Shown one piece after another: positions 12,464 through 28,260 of a DNA stretch of 64,000 nt. Every line of letters begins with the position of its first letter. Position 1 is the first letter of the stretch. This DNA is from the human T2T-CHM13v2.0 reference genome, Homo sapiens, in the NCBI RefSeq assembly GCF_009914755.1, contig NC_060931.1; one strand, written 5' to 3'. The notes under the pieces are model-generated. The model worked only from the letters and a program-made list of their open reading frames with translations. It was not told the origin of the DNA and searched no databases. The position numbers and the translations under genes were made by a program.

Positions 12464-14160
12464 CCTATTATTTTTAAAATGAAACAAAACAAATAAAACC
12501 TCACAAGTTTCCTCATGTGCTTTACTACTAACTCTCTCAACACATATTTGTTGATCATCAGAGCCAGGCAATGGGCTGGAATCTGGAGGCTCTGGAAGGA
12601 CTCTGGTTGATATGTCCAACCTTTGGGAGGTAAGCAGTCTGGCAGGATAAACAAAGATAAATCAATTAATAATAGCAAATTGAGATAGTCTAATAACTAT
12701 AGATTCTAGAAATGTCCCCTAGAGGCTTTCGACTATGGATCTGACCTACTGAAAAGATTAGAGCCAAAGAGTGACATTTTTTATTGAGCTCTGAAGGATG
12801 AGAAAGAGGCATGTCTAGTACATTTATGGACTCCTCTCTAAAATTTCAACTTATATGTTGAACACCTACTATGTGCTAAGATCCAAAGTCAGCACAGAAA
12901 AACTGAATGGTATATACATTCTGACCAGAATGTTTAAGTTTAAATTGTAGTATCCATTCACAATTAAATGCTAAAAGCTCTTATTCATGGACTGCATATA
13001 AGATACACACCCATTCCATCTGCTAGAATTTAAGTAGCTAAATATTATCTTTGGAACCATCCAAAATCACCAGTTAGCTAAGGTACCACGCATAACATCA
13101 TCTGGTCCCTTATGGAAGGGGTTTTCCCCAGTAGCATCTCTGATACACATTTAAGGACATTAAGAAAGATAAGCATAGAAAACTTGCTCTCCCCTTCATA
13201 AGACTTCACAGAAAGAACTTTTTTGTTCATTCCTTTGTGTTTTAGCACAAGGAAGCTGCTCTTTTTCTGTACAAATAGTTTTGATTTTATAGACATTGAA
13301 TTCCAATTATATTTCCATCTTTGCTTTAGCCAAATTGGTTGTTAATTTTAAATAATATTTCAAGATATTATCACATGCATTTTTGTGTATTAACTTTATG
13401 TAACATTTGGAATGTGTGTGCTGATAAACTGTTTCACTTATAGTAAAGACTAAGGGGAAGGTGTTACCTTACACAAGAAGTGCAGAGAAAGAAGATGGCT
13501 CTGATGCTGATTAATTCAGTGGCTCAACAAGGATCCACTCTTTGCATCTGTGTGTTTCCTCCTCTGAATGTTGGCTTTTGTTATTGGAGTTCATCTCATG
13601 GGTGCAGGATGGTTCCATCACAAGGAGATGTGCTCACATTGAAGGGAAGGAGAGGAACCTACCTAGAGATTTGTCCTCATGTCTCTGGCCAAACTGCATC
13701 ACATGCTTTTTCATTATCCAATAACCAGCAAAGAGGAATGAGATTAGCAACATTGCTCTAGATTTACCAGTATTCCCCACTCTGGAACTGGAGGTCTGCT
13801 CCCTTCACACATGACAGTGGAGGAAGCAAATGAAACTTAGAGTCCAGCTAGCAAAGAAGGTTGAATTGCTGATAAGTACGTATCAAATTTGTATTATGCT
13901 TACCTGTGTTTTATATGGATTTTTGTACCCTTATGTCTTTCTTTGATGCAATGCTCTCAACTAGTCATTCTATTCTATCCTATGTGAATGTCCCAATCAT
14001 TTATTTTAATGTAAAGTGGATGCATAATCAAACAACAAAAAATAGATATTAAAACAGTCCATATACTCATGTGATAAGCCCTACATTTGGTATTAAAGCT
14101 ATAGATGTAAAAAAATAAAAAGAACAAAAAGATTAGGGCTCAAGGAGATAAAAAAATCAA

Positions 14161-14460
14161 GAGGCTTTTCTTACGGGCTTGATACAGAACGCAGAGGTGA
14201 GGGGAGTGTACTGCCACTCTGAGTCTGACAGGAGACCCTGTAGGTAGTGTTTCTTGCAACTATGGAGGACATTAACTTGAAAAAAGTATTCACTAGCGGC
14301 ACCATGAATTTAGAAACACTATTAGGTAGTTAGGTAGTTACGGCAAATGTCAGAGTGCTTGTCATGAGTTTAGGTTCAAGCAAGCTGTGTTTGTGGTGTC
14401 CTGTTGAAGAAATCCAAGAGGCACTCATGTGCATCTATGAAAGCATTTCGAAGTTCAGAA
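14161..14460 (+). pseudogene. IRF-like DBD exon (unit 1)
   Basis: FLTGLIQNAEVRGVYC vs IRF1 WLEMQINSNQIPGLIW; WRTLT*KKYS vs IRF7 WKHFARKDLS; FRNTIR*LGSY vs FRSWAIHTGRY; ends CIYE; two frameshifts. Confidence 0.7.
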
Positions 14461-15540
14461 AAAAATGCTTTCATAACGATTATCTCATTTGTTCTTTCCA
14501 ATCCTGCTAAGCTCTACACATTATATCCATAAAGAAACTGATGCTCTGAATGGCTGTGTGCTTTGTTCCACATCACACTGCTAACAAGAGTCCAAGACCT
14601 TTTAGACATGATATCATTTATTGAGTCCAAAGCCTCAGACTAAAATTTTAAAATTCTACATCCACAAGACTTCAGTTGGATAAGAAGATGCTTTGGGGTG
14701 GAGTAGGTGGAACTGAACTGAGTTCTCTGTTTCTTAATGGATCATTTGATGAAGAAGCCTCACAGCACTTTGTTCATGTAATTTACCTGACTTTTGATCT
14801 GTCCATTTACTTGTTCATTCATTCATTTGTTCACTCATCCAATAAGCATTAAATGAACACAACTATGCTAGGTACTGTACTGGGTGTGTTCAGATACAAA
14901 CTACACAACTCAGAACAGAAGACATACATGAGAAAAAAGTATGTGTTTTGCTGAGGTGCTGTTTCAAGGGTGTCTGGAATTTAGGTCCAATTGTTACTAG
15001 TCTTTTTTTGTTCCTTAGATTCTCAGTATCCACCCCCATCCCAAGTTTGCTACATATGATAGAAGATGACAAGGCAAAAGTATTTTGTCTTGCATTAGAA
15101 GCACATTGCAAGAAGGAGAATGGAAGGAGAAGATATTCAACCTTTATTTTCTAGCTCTATGTGCTAGACAGTCATTTATATGTTGCCATATAATCCTCAC
15201 AATATTTGTGTGAGTGGACATTATTCTACTGCTTGGTTGACTTGATAATTGGTACTCAGAGAGGTTTAGTACCTTGCCCAAGTTTGTATTCATTTGAAGT
15301 AAATATATCAGTATATATTTTATAATAAATATAAAATATAAAAAGCTAAAGAACGTTTTTGTTGATAAGTCTGTTGGCTTTTCTTAAACAAAACAGAGTT
15401 AACTCAGAAGATTTATAAACTGAGATTAAAAGTGACTGGGGAGATTCTAAAAAAAACAAAAGAAAATATTCTAAAGCGTAAAGGAAGCATTTAAGTGGAT
15501 CTCTAGACAGAAACACATGCTGTTTCTCTTGTGTCACCGG

Positions 15541-15870
15541 AGGAGATCATGGTGAAGAAGGAAATTGGAACAACAGCTGAAAATGTTGAGGGTGAGGATA
15601 GTAAAGCTGTGGGGGACATGAAATAAAGTTGCCTGGAATGCACTTGCTTCAAATCTCTGCCACCTGGTCTCTTATGTATGCATTCTCCTGACTGATTTCC
15701 CCGTCGGTGAGCCAGAACGTCAGGCAATTTGACAAAATGAGAGCCTTCAAGTCTTTGGTATCAGATTGAACTTTCTTAAATGTTATAATAGAAAAACTAT
15801 TAGGTGGGTAGGTAGTTACAGCCAATGTTGCAGAGGGCTTGTCCAGTTTCACTAAAGGTCCAAAAAATTG
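15541..15870 (+). pseudogene. IRF-like DBD exon (unit 1)
   Basis: CLECTCFKSLPPGLLC vs WLEMQINSNQIPGLIW; RKTIRWVGSY; TTG|gtaagt donor at 15871; nucleotide homology to 14313-14363. Confidence 0.7.
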
Positions 15871-16919
15871 GTAAGTTACTAGCAGAATGGCTATTTAGGA
15901 GGGAGAGGTATAGAGAACTCCACAGTTAATTCAGTGCCTATTTCAGGGCCTTTCTGCTTAACTAGAAACTGAACTCCCACCCTCCCCATCTCCCACTTTG
16001 CAGAGAAGACTGAAATCTTGTGGCTTATCCTTCTTCAGTTTTATTCCTTGCCAACAAAAAAATGGTGCAACAATTTAAATCCAGCACTAATCAGTCAGGT
16101 ACCATAACTTGAAGTGGGTCAAACAGTCCCCTGGATGCTATTGTGCAGAATGATCACTTCCTACCACCATCCCAAACTCCAAACCCTGTGGTTTGTCCCT
16201 TGCTTGTTTCTGCTCACCGGATAACTTGGACTGGGACATTCTTGCTTGGTGCTGTTGGGGACATTTGGCTTACCTGAGTAGATAAGTAGGTGCATGCTTC
16301 AGCCAATGCAACATATTTCAGTATCCTGTCCACACTCATAGTTTTGTTCATATGAGCCATCATTGCTTTACTTCTGTAATGAAGGGATCTTGACAGAAAT
16401 TAAAAAAAATACTTATGTTAAAGTCTAACCTTACTAGAATGTTATTGAATATATTTTAAGGGATATTTAACACATGGTAAGTCAGAAACCATGTAAAAAT
16501 GAGCCATATTATAAGAGGTTCTAATACATGTCTCATCAATCTTAAAAAGAAAATGGTCACACCAATTAAAAACAAAATAGACATCCATCCTCTTTCTCCT
16601 GTGACAGAATTTAGGTTCTTTTCCTCAGCCTATAAAACATCCAGGGCTTCTCCATTCAAGAAATGCTATACATTTTCCAGCTACCTTACTGTTTCTTATG
16701 CTCTCACTTACCAAAATTAGTTAAAAAGTCGTCCATATTTCTGGTTTCCTATCCTCATCACACATTCACCTTCATTTCTTAGTGATCAGCCTGCTGTCTA
16801 CTGAAACTATACACAAGAGTCACCGGGATCACTCTGGTTTTTCATTTAATGGGCTGCTTCTCAACTTTCTCTCTCTGTACCTCTGGCAGGAAAGATGCTT
16901 TTCCTGAAACATATTTTCT

Positions 16920-17155
16920 AGGGAGTGGTTAAAGCTTTTTATTTTGAGTCTGGGTTGGGAAATTTGGCTCCACTGCTTTCTAAAACTGTGAGCTTAGGTA
17001 GGTTATTATGAATTTGTAAACCTCAGTTTCCCTTCTGTATACAAAGCGTTACTAATTCCTACTTCAAAATGTTCGTGAGAAGATTACAGAAGGTAAGGCA
17101 TGTAAAGCATTTAGTGAGATCCTGGCTCAGAGTAAACATTCCATGAATGTTAGCT
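16920..17155 (+). mobile_element. MIR
   Basis: cctcagtttcccttctgta, gtgagaagatta, gtaaagcatttag, gaatgttagct. Confidence 0.75.
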
Positions 17156-17219
17156 TTTGCAGCCAGCTTCCTTTTGTTTCCCTTTGATTGCTGTCTTTAG
17201 GTTCTTCGTCTACCACTCT

Positions 17220-17500
17220 ATTTTTTTTTATTATACTTTAAGTTCTAGGGTACATGTGCGCAACGTGCAGGTTTGTTACATATGTATACCTGTGCCATGT
17301 TGCTGTGCTGTACCCGTTAACTCGTCATTTACATTAGGTATATCTCCTAATGCTATCCCTCTCCCTGACCCCACCCCACGACAGGCCTGGGTGTGTCATG
17401 TTCCCCACCCTGTGTCCAAGTGTTCTCATTGTTCAATTCCCACCTATGAGTGAGAACATGTGGTGTTTGGTTTTCTGTCCTTGTGATAGTTTGCTCAGAA
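17220..17500 (-). mobile_element. L1PA 3' end fragment
   Basis: ttattatactttaagttctagggtacatgtgc...cccacctatgagtgagaacatg. Confidence 0.9.
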
Positions 17501-17686
17501 TAACTCCATCGCATTAGTTCTCCTCTCCCTGGGGGCTTCTAAGTAAATATTCTATAAAAGTTACTTCTTCAGCTCACTTTTCTCTGTGTCCACATGTTTT
17601 CCTTTGATGACATAATTATTCCCATTGCCACTGTCAATGCATCTATACTCTTAACTCCCAAATCCTCATCTCTATTTTAAGAATGA

Positions 17687-18218
<532 letters not shown>

Positions 18219-18979
18219 CCGTATCCTTACTTTTTCCTACATCATCATTTTCTATCTCAGTATCTCATCATTTCTTGCCTTATCTCTAGTAATAATGTTG
18301 AAAGTATTTCTCCTGCTTTAGCCTCTGCCTCTCCTTCACATTTTCACATGAACTGCCTTTCACGTTGTAGTTTTCATCATCTTGCTCCTCTGTGTGGTAA
18401 CTGGGGAAACCTCCCCTAGGCTACAAATAAGGGCCAGATTCCAATATCCAATTAGTTGGTATAAATTGAATTTCCCAGCTTCTAATTTAAAAATGTTCTC
18501 CCTGCCACTGTCCCTGGGCTTTGACTACCACAGTCTAGTCTCCATGTCCTGAAAAGTTTCCCACCTCCACCTCTTCTGCCCTAATGCATATTCCCCCCAT
18601 TCAGGTCTCTTTCTCTGAAATGCTCTTTCTCCAGCCTCATCCTATCTCTGTCCTCAGAGATCCTTCAAGTCCTACAAAAATTCTTGCTCTTCCAAGAAGT
18701 TGTCCAGAAAGAAAATAGTGTAGCCCTTTATCTGCTCCCTGGACACCTGGTTTTGTCATGCCATTACAATGGCTTCACCCTCGTTATCAATGTGCATGTA
18801 TGTCTGTGCCATTCATTCCTTCAAGTCAGAGACCACATCATTTTGAATTTCTATCTTTCCTCAGTGGCATGAATATATTAAAAATGCAATGGATACTTAT
18901 TTTATTGAATTATTGACTGTTTAGAAATTACAAAACCAAACCAACATATCACATTAGTGTTGTGAATATAGAATTAATT

Positions 18980-19275
<296 letters not shown>

Positions 19276-19387
19276 TATTAATTTATTTTTTAAATCATGA
19301 TTGAGAACAGATCATGTGACAAATGTTAGACATTCAAAGAAAAATGTAATTTTTCTCTTTGTGCTGGATAGTATCCCAGTCTTTAGA

Positions 19388-19557
19388 CAAGTGGTTCTCA
19401 AACTTTGTCATGCCTTAGAACCACATGAGAGCTTGTCAAAAACTCCAGAGTTTCCGAGTTGGTGGATCATGGCTGATACTAGAGAATTTACGTCTCTACA
19501 AGTTCCCAGGAGGTGCCAATGCTGCTAGTCCAGAGATCACACTTTGAGGACCATGGT
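19388..19557. mobile_element. MER5A (hAT MITE)
   Basis: gtggttctcaaact...acaagttcccagg...cacactttgaggaccatgg. Confidence 0.8.
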
Positions 19558-20000
19558 CCTAGATAATGAGTCCAGAATTGACTTCACTACTCTTGGTTCA
19601 GGTGGAGTCACTTCATTGTCTGAATCTCACTTTTCTCTTATATAAAAGGTATTCACTGGGCAAAATAATAACTTGCCCAGCTCTAGTATTCTACATTGAT
19701 TTGTGTAATGCATTTTTAATGAATAAATAAAATCTAGAGATTCTGGAACTTTTGACATTTCTTTCAATACTGGTATAAGAATGGGACATGAGTTATTTTC
19801 ATATCTTGGATTGTAGATTGATTTCCCCTAGATATATTTTAGGAAATCTAGATTATGTTTCAAGGCCAAAGTACAGTCATCTCCACCTTGCTTTGAAATA
19901 GAATCTTCTGTTAACAGACATGGGTGACTTAGTTAAGTGGTAGTTGTTTCGAAAGAATTCTAATATGGATAAAATCTGTCTTATTTTTGCATTTGTCTAG

Positions 20001-20534
20001 GCTGAATCTGGAACAAGGAATTCACAGGCTATGCGCTCTGGACCATAATTTGAACAGCATCACCTAGAAAGTAATTATTAGAAATATTTGCGGAAGAGAA
20101 CCAGGGAACAGATAGAATTTATGGTAAATTGTCTGATAAGTGTTTAATGTTGTATTTTGGGTATTATGAGCCTAATTTTTGTCCAGGAGGCATGAGATCT
20201 GGCTAAATGGAGCCTTATTATCTTCACTAGGTAACCCAGACCTTTACCTTAGAAGCAAAGCAGAGCAGGAAATAGCAGGTGTTTTGTGGCTGCACTTCAC
20301 TTCTGCCATCATGTTCATGCGTTGCTTTCATCTGAGAATTTGGCCAAAAATGAAAAGAAAGCAAAGCAAAAGATATACAGCCCACAGGCCAATCTGTTTA
20401 GATTCCCAGAATTTGGCAGGGCCTCCCAGACTGAGTCTTTCATTGAGGAGATGATCGATGGCAATAAAATTCACACAGTGAAGACACAGCTTCATGCTAT
20501 AAAGAGTCAAGCTGGAATAGAGAAGTCTTATTAG
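20001..20534 (+). pseudogene. IRF-like IAD module (unit 1): exon 20001-20123 plus exon from 20231
   Basis: tttgtctag acceptor, ATG|gtaaat donor, cactag acceptor; REQIEFM|VTQTFTL...LFRFP...EEMIDGNKIHTVKTQLHAIK; about 70% identical to 29751-30290. Confidence 0.75.
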
Positions 20535-20619
20535 ATTCTCAGTCTCTCTTTCTTTCATCAGTCTTAAAGATACAACTAATTGCTATAGAAAGCCTAGTCA
20601 ACATATGGGGTTGCTGTCT

Positions 20620-21178
20620 ATGTGTCAATGTTCTTTACTCTTAGAACACCACAGACACTTGTAGTTGAACAAGCTGAGTTTTTTGCTTGATGCAACAAGA
20701 AAGAACACACACCATGAGACATCTCAATAAAGGATAGAGGAAAGGACTTATAGGATTTGGGCTTCCGTTAGATAACATTTGGTAGGGTTAAAAAATAGAC
20801 CTCTATTCTGGAGTGGGTGCTGTTGGGAAGTAGTAAAATTCAATGATTAATAACTTAATATTTCTTATCTATATGATTGAATGAGTCTAGCCTAAAGCTC
20901 TGATAGGTAAAGAAGCAGCAGACACATCACTCATAATAGCCAAAGTATGGGGCTACTTGGCCATTTTTGTGATTAGGAAAATGTTCATAATTTTATCTAT
21001 GTTCTAACATGATTGTGAAGTTTTCCTATATTTTTCATGTTCTATTACATTCACACTCTGGCTGGGTCTGTTGTCGGTATACTATGAAACTGTATATGCT
21101 CAGCAGGAAAATACCAAATCCTAGATGGCAGTACCAGGCTGGCTCCTGAATGCCAGCAACAGCTTTATTCTTTCTTAA
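20620..21178 (-). mobile_element. ERV1-class LTR (MER67-like, family uncertain)
   Basis: LTR-like text (gaacaagctgagtttttt, ggcagtaccaggctggctcctg). Confidence 0.5.
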
Positions 21179-21371
21179 ATCTGAAACACTAGCTGTGCTT
21201 ACTATGAGGAAATATATGTCTACAATTAATTCCATCTTCCCAAAGTTTATATCCAAAATAAAAAGCATACTATATTGTGCTAAGGAGATTTTTTTTCTTC
21301 TTGTTCTTCAAAGCAAAATATAGTTTCACAGGTAAAAAGATCCTTAGAAATCATCTAGTAATCTAATCCTA

Positions 21372-21918
21372 TGTTGATCAGAGCTCTCCACAGAAACAAA
21401 ACCAATAGGATGCTTGTGTGTGTATGTGTGTGTGTGTAAATGTGATTTATTTATTTTTTTTGTAAGGGATTTGTTCTGACAATTATGGAGTGTGAAAACC
21501 CAAAGATTTATAGGCAGCAAGCTGGAAGCCCAAGAGAGCCAAGGCTGTAAGTTTCTACTCTGAATCTCAAGACCTGAGAACCAGGAGTGGCAATGGTGTA
21601 AGTTCTAGTCTGAAAACTGGGAGGCTGGAGATCTAAAAAGTATTCATGTTTTAGTACAAGTCTGAAGGCAGAAAAAAGACTTAAGTTTTAGCTCACCCAG
21701 TCAGGCAGAAAGAGGTCCCCTCTTAATAAGATTAGTTCTATTCAGGTCTTCAGCTGATTGAATGAGGCACACCATATTGTGGGAGCCAATCTGCTTTACT
21801 CAGATGCAAATATTAATGTCATTCAGAAACACCCTCACAGACACACTTAGAAGAATGGTTGACCAAATGGTTGGACATCCTATGATCCAGTCAGGTGGAT
21901 ACATAAAATTGACTATTA
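21372..21918 (-). mobile_element. MLT2 LTR
   Basis: ctctccacagaaacaaaaccaatagga...cagaaacaccctcacagacacac...cataaaattgact. Confidence 0.85.
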
Positions 21919-21920
21919 AA

Positions 21921-22230
21921 GGCAGGATATGGTGGTTCATGCCTGTAATGTGAACACTTTGGGAAGTCAAGGTAGGAGGATTGCTTGAGGCAAGGAGTTA
22001 GAGACTAGCCTGGACAACATAGCAAGACTCCATCTCTACAAAAAGTAAAAACAATTAGCTGGCTGTGGTGACACAAACTTGTAGTCCTAGCTACTTGGGA
22101 GGATGAGGCAGAAGGATTGTTGGAGCATAGGAGTTCAAGGCTGCAGTGAGCTATGATCACACTACTGCACTAAAACCTATGCAACAGAATAAGACCCTGT
22201 CTCTAAAGTAAAATTAAATTTTAAAAAAGA
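21921..22230 (+). mobile_element. AluJ
   Basis: ggaggattgcttgagg, aggctgcagtgagctatgat. Confidence 0.9.
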
Positions 22231-22418
22231 ACTGTCACAAAGCCCAGTTGGGAAACAACTAAAAGTAGTAGTTTAGAAATCAGGGCTCCGTGTACGGTTT
22301 TCTGGATCTTTAGAGAGTAATCATCTCACTAGTGCACTGTTGTTACTGCACAGAAAGTTTGTAGAGAAAATTGACCTGCTTAGAATCAAAGTTTAACATT
22401 CCATTCCAAATTGAGAAA

Positions 22419-23235
22419 TGTTGACAAAAAGAATCAAAATTTGTAAAATATTTCAAGAGATTGACTCTGAGCCAAATATGAGGACCATGACCTGTGACAC
22501 AGCCCCAGGAGATCCTGAGAACATGTGGCCAAGCTGATTGGGCTACAGGTTGGTTTGCACATTTTAAGGAGATATAGGACATCAATCAACACATGTAAGA
22601 TATACATTGGTTCCGTCTAGAAAGGCAAGGCTACTCAAAGTGGTGGTGGGGGTGGGGAAGGGGGCATCCAGGTCATAGGTGGAGTTAAAGATTTTCTGGT
22701 TGGCAATTGGTTGAAATAGTTAGGCTAAGGACCTGGAATCAATAGAAAGGAGTGTCTGGGTTAAGGTAAGGGGTTGTGGAGACTGAGGTTTTCATCATGA
22801 AAATGAAGCCTCCAGTTAGCAGGCTTCAGAGAGAATAGATTGTAAATGTTTCTTATCAGACCTAAAAATATGCTAGACTCTTTAATTCTTTCCCGGATCA
22901 GGGAAAAGACCTAGAAAGAGAAGGGGATTCTCCACAGAATGTTGATTTTCCCCACAAGAGATAGCTTTGCAGGACCATTTCAAAATATGTCAAAGAAATA
23001 TATTTTGGGGTAAAATAATTTCTTTCAGGGCCTGCTATCTGTCAAGAGTGTGTTTTGTAAGCCCTACGGTCTCTGTTTTAATGTTAATGCTGGTCAGTTG
23101 TGCCTGAATTCCAAAGGAAGGAGGGTATAGTGAGGCCTCTACTAGTTTTTCAGGTTAACTTTGGAATGCCTGTGGCCAAGAATGGGGGTTCATTCAGTTG
23201 GTCAGGGGGCTTAGATTTTTATTTTTTGGTTTACA
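22419..23235 (-). mobile_element. MER4-family solo LTR (ERV1)
   Basis: TG...CA ends, 4-bp TSD gaaa, antisense start tgtaaaccaaaaaataaaaatctaagcccc. Confidence 0.85.
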
Positions 23236-23739
23236 GAAACCAGTCGCAACTGCTCACTCTCTGTTCTTAACAAGTATATCTACTCTGAGGAAGTTCAAGA
23301 GATGGCATTACATAGACAAACTTATACCTCTAGGCAATGAGATTTTAAATATTTTTCAAGTTTATTAAATATCTGAGTTTTGAGAGATTTAACCTGAGCC
23401 CCATTCTGATTCTTAGGCATTGGATCTTGCAGATTGTTGGCAACCAGTTGGGACAAATAGTAGACAATAGAATTAAAACTGGGTTCAAGACAGTGCTGAC
23501 CAGGGTGGCAGTGAAACTGATATAGGTGTAAGAGAATGAGTCAGGAGAAAGAGACTCAGACCAAACAGAAGGCTCTCTTAAGAGAAACAGGGCAATTAAA
23601 CTTTAATCCTGGCTTCACATTCCCGATACAAGCTGTGCCCTGGGAAACACAGGTAACATTTCTACCAGAGGCTAAGAAGGGATCAGAGCAGGCACATGAT
23701 AAGGGTGTTGGAGTTATCAAAGTATGAATTTTAAAAACC

Positions 23740-25145
<1,406 letters not shown>

Positions 25146-25556
25146 TGTTGTCTTGTCATATTTAATTGTGTTCCATAAATTGTGTATTTGAAAAGTTGTT
25201 TGTAAAAAAATAACTGCAAAACTAGGATGATGCTGTATTTTTTCAAAGAGCATTTGGTTTTCTTTTGTCAGGTACTTGTACAAAATTGCAATGTTATTAC
25301 TGCAGTCCACTTTCAGGAAGTGAGGTGATTAAAAGTTAAGGACTTTCACTTATGGTTCCAACCCAAAGAGTGAAAGGTTCACGAGGGGTTTTTCCACTAG
25401 GGATCCTGAAAGGCTTCAAATGTTTCCCCTAGACTTTCAAGGCTGTGAATTCACCATTCAACCATTTGTCTTCTCAGGCACCCTAATGACACAGGGAAAA
25501 GCAATTCCAGATGCAGGATTTGGAATTGTATCTTCCTTCTCCTGTGTTTGAGTTGG

Positions 25557-25720
25557 CTATTTCTCAAATACCTTCAATAAAATTTCTGAGACATATTTTT
25601 TCAAGCAGCTTTGTAAATCCTCATTAGGACAGTTGATCCGTATCATCTGGTATACCATTACCTCAAAGCCATGCATGTTTAAATTGTGTTTGCCCATCCA
25701 CTTGATCCACTGAATTCGTG
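25557..25720 (-). pseudogene. IRF-like DBD 3' half; 5' part replaced by L2-like sequence
   Basis: IQWIKWMGKH...INCPN...LKVFEK vs KAWAIFKGKY...CALN...YKVYE; IKWMGKH matches paralog IRWVGSY. Confidence 0.5.
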
Positions 25721-26719
25721 CTCTGTCAGACGCCATGTCCTGCTCATGTTTATTTCCAGAGTCTAGCACACTTCCTGGAGTTCTGCGTGCACGTCACACA
25801 TGTATTAAAATAAAGAGTGATGAAAAGAAGCAAGGAAAAAAAGAGACAGTAGCCATCAATCATTTCCTAGGAGGCTAACAGGCAATTGTTTCCCATAATA
25901 ACCCAAAGTGAATATGATTCTTTTTCCTGAGTAATTCCAGGTCTACCCATCTAACACTGCCTCTGAACCAAATCTTTCCTTGCCTTATAGATACTGCTTA
26001 TCACTACCTATACATATGTATCTATCTTTAGAAACATCTCTGATCTTCACAGCTTACATAGTTGCCAATTACGTGCCCAAGGTTTGAGATTTATTTATGA
26101 TCTATAATTAATTCTGTAAAAAGAAGTCAGGTGTTTAAAACCTGAAAAATCTTTAATTTTCACATAATTCCATGCTTGGATCATGTTAATAATATATTTA
26201 TAATACTTTTAGAGTGAAGCGTGTCAAAATAATTAACTGAACGATTGTACTTTGTGGTACAGGTGTGAAAATTGAATAGATGTCCTTTGATAGACTGTAT
26301 TTCATAGGTGAAAGAAAAAATTATCTATTTTTTCATTAAAATATCACAATTTTCCTGCTCTTTGTTTAGTGGCTGTTAAACTTCTATGTCATAATAACTC
26401 TTTTTTTGATTTACCTCTTCTATTTTGTGGTATCATTTCCCCTTCAAAACCCAAGAGTGTTCATTATACCCTGTGGCAAAGGAAAGTTTTCTCAGTAAGC
26501 AACAGCAGTTAAAAGTATATAGTTTAAGTTGTTGAAATAAGGTTTAAATTCATGATTTAATCAATACAGAGGGTACAGGTAACATGGTTATGTTTGCAGC
26601 ATTTCTGACTTAATCACTGAGTTAAAATGGCTCTGCTCTTTTAAAACCATACTTCAAAAAATACCCTTAGGTCTTTAAAGATTCTAAGACATGAAGCTCA
26701 TAAACTTTTCATTTTCTAG

Positions 26720-26990
26720 AATCAAGAGGAGCCTCCAGCATACTTTGACTGATAGGTTTCTACATTTCAAGTACCCATTTGGTACCTAATTCACTCCTGG
26801 CCATCAGACTCCCCTCCCGTAACACTGTCAGGCACACGTGAAAAACTACTGCTTCAGAAAGTTACAGGCAGAGGGCAGATGAATTTAACTGTTTCCTACC
26901 ACTATCATTGCCAAGTGAGAATCTAGGTCCATACCTAACAGCATCATGACAAATATGAGACCACATGCATGCTCCATTTATCCAACAAGG
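26720..26990 (+). pseudogene. IRF-like DBD exon (unit 2)
   Basis: cattttctag acceptor; LTDRFLHFKYPFGT vs IRF4 LIDQIDSGKYPGL; CFRKLQAEGR; ends PHACSIY, all one frame with stops. Confidence 0.6.
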
Positions 26991-27504
26991 GTGCACAGGA
27001 TATCTACCTGTGCTCATGAAAAAGATCAACATAAACCTGCCCACATAGAAATTATCATCTAATACAGGAACCCAGAAAAAAGCCCAACACAAAAGCGTAA
27101 AAATTAGTAGATAAAGAGGCTACGAAAAGGTTCCCCGAGGTGGTGACAATTGAGATGGGATTGAGAAGATCAATTAGAGGTAACCATGTGAAGAAACTGG
27201 TGATGGAGACAATGGCTTGGATGCAGCAGTTAGAGCAACAGACAGAAAAGCAATGTGGCTAGAAAGGGATGGAAGATGAGGCCAGTGGGGCTGAACGCAC
27301 CCAGATCAGGTGGTCTTGTAGAACTAGGAAGTCCAGGTTTGATTTTAAGAGCAATGGGAAGCTTATGAAGTTTTAAAATCGAGGATGCTGCTTACCTTTT
27401 TAAAAGTTCTCTGTTGTGTGAGGAGAAGGTTTTATAGGAGGATATAAGTAGAGGGGTGCAGCAGTGGCCTGGGGAAGTGGTCATGGTTATTTGGGCTAGA
27501 ATGA

Positions 27505-28260
27505 TGTGATGGTTTATTTTACTTTTATGTGTCTACCTGGCTGGATCATTCAGCCAGGTATTTGGTCAAACATCTGTCTAGATGTGTCTGTGAAGGTATG
27601 TTTTTAGATGAGCTTAACTTGTTTTTATTTTTATTTTTTAAGAGACAATATCTCACTCTGTTGCCTAGGCTGGAGTGTGCTGGTGTGATCACAGTTCATT
27701 GTAGCCTCCAACCCCTGGGATCAAGTGATCCTCCTCCCTTAGCCTTCCAAGTAGCTAGGACTAAAAGAGCATGCCACCATGCCTGGCTACTTATTTATTT
27801 TTTTATAGAGACACAGTCTTGCTATGCTGCCCAGGCTTGTGTCAAACTCCTGTGCAGTTAGCATTTAAATCAGTAGACTTGGAGTAAACAGATTGCCCTC
27901 CATAATGTCAGCAGGACTTACTCAATCAATTGAATTTCCTAAGAGAAAAAGACTGCCTTCTCTGAAGGAGAGAGAATTCTGTCAGGAGACTGCCTTCGGG
28001 CTCTAACTGCAACTCTTCCTTGAGTCTCCAGCCTGCTGGCCTATCCTGGAGATTTTGGACTTGCCAGTCCCATAGTCTTTTAAAATCGTTCTCTCTGTGT
28101 CTTTGTGTGTGTGTGTCTCTGTGTGTGTGTGTGCATGCATGTGTGTATGTGTATCTGTATCTATATCTATATCTATATCTATATCTGTATCTATATCTAT
28201 ATCTTAGATACATAGATATCTTCTATTGATTCTACTTCTCTGGAGAACTCTGACTAATAT
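27505..28260 (+). mobile_element. MLT2 LTR interrupted by AluJ (27620-27855, minus) and (TG)n/(TATATC)n
   Basis: tgtgatggttta...ctctggagaactctgactaatata. Confidence 0.85.

Noticed and set aside
19831-19923. Possible linker exon upstream of the unit-1 IAD
   Set aside because: Splice-like ends, but multiple stops and no convincing homology.
27926-28229. RY/YL-repeat and CV/HT-repeat ORFs (also 297-539 and 1941-2264)
   Set aside because: Microsatellite artefacts.
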